From assembly GCF_009914755.1 (NCBI RefSeq), contig NC_060938.1: 64,000 bases of DNA; one strand, 5' to 3'. The stretch comes from the human T2T-CHM13v2.0 reference genome, Homo sapiens. Both the position numbers and the translations under genes were made by a program. This document shows positions 63,666 to 64,000 of the stretch, piece after piece (position 1 is the stretch's first letter; the number at the start of each line of letters is the position of its first letter). The notes below the pieces were generated by a model. The model ran no database searches. It was not told where the DNA came from and worked only from the letters and a program-made list of their open reading frames with translations.

Positions 63666-64000
63666 TAATGGTGCAGTCACACCTATCTTTTATCCATTTT
63701 TGTTCTTCCTCCATTCCTGAAGCTTCAAGGTTCCTGCTGTTATCACTTTTCTTCTGTTTGAATAACTTCTTTAAGCATTTTCAAAAGAGAAGTTCTCCTG
63801 ACAATGGATTCTCTTAGTTTTCTCTCATTTGAGAAAGTCTTGATTTTTTATTCCTGAAAGATATTTTCAGTAGATAGAGAATTCTGGATTGACAATCCTT
63901 CCTCCCCACTCAACCCTCACCCCTAACACTTTAAAGATGTTGTATAACTTTCTTTTGCCTCTGTGGTTTCTGTTGAGAAATCAGCAGTCATTCAAACTGT

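Overview
Hominoid, almost certainly human, genomic DNA. It contains the terminal coding exon of CATSPERB on the minus strand (60095-60313); from memory this places the window at 14q32.12, between PPP4R3A and CATSPERB. Most of the window is transposable elements: dozens of Alus, a near full-length primate L1 carrying an antisense SVA and fused to a second inverted L1, a full-length MST provirus, two LTR12/ERV9 solo LTRs, other ERV1 and MaLR LTRs, and Tigger/MER DNA transposons. There is an orphan CpG island at about 53.3-53.75 kb. The main unexpected signal lies in the short unique stretches between about 5.6 kb and 32.75 kb. These contain collinear minus-strand exon remnants, mostly AG/GT-flanked and phase-compatible at the junctions I could check. 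After removing Alu/MLT inserts at their target-site duplications, they translate into a decayed protein that follows human C9orf72 (longin/DENN fold) motif by motif from N- to C-terminus, apparently sharing two intron positions. I interpret this as an ancient dead C9orf72 paralogue. The alignment was done by eye against a remembered sequence and needs a real search. Several local rearrangement scars are also visible: a 169-bp near-perfect hairpin, templated insertions in an Alu, an Alu-mediated inversion, an inverted duplication and an L1-L1 fusion.
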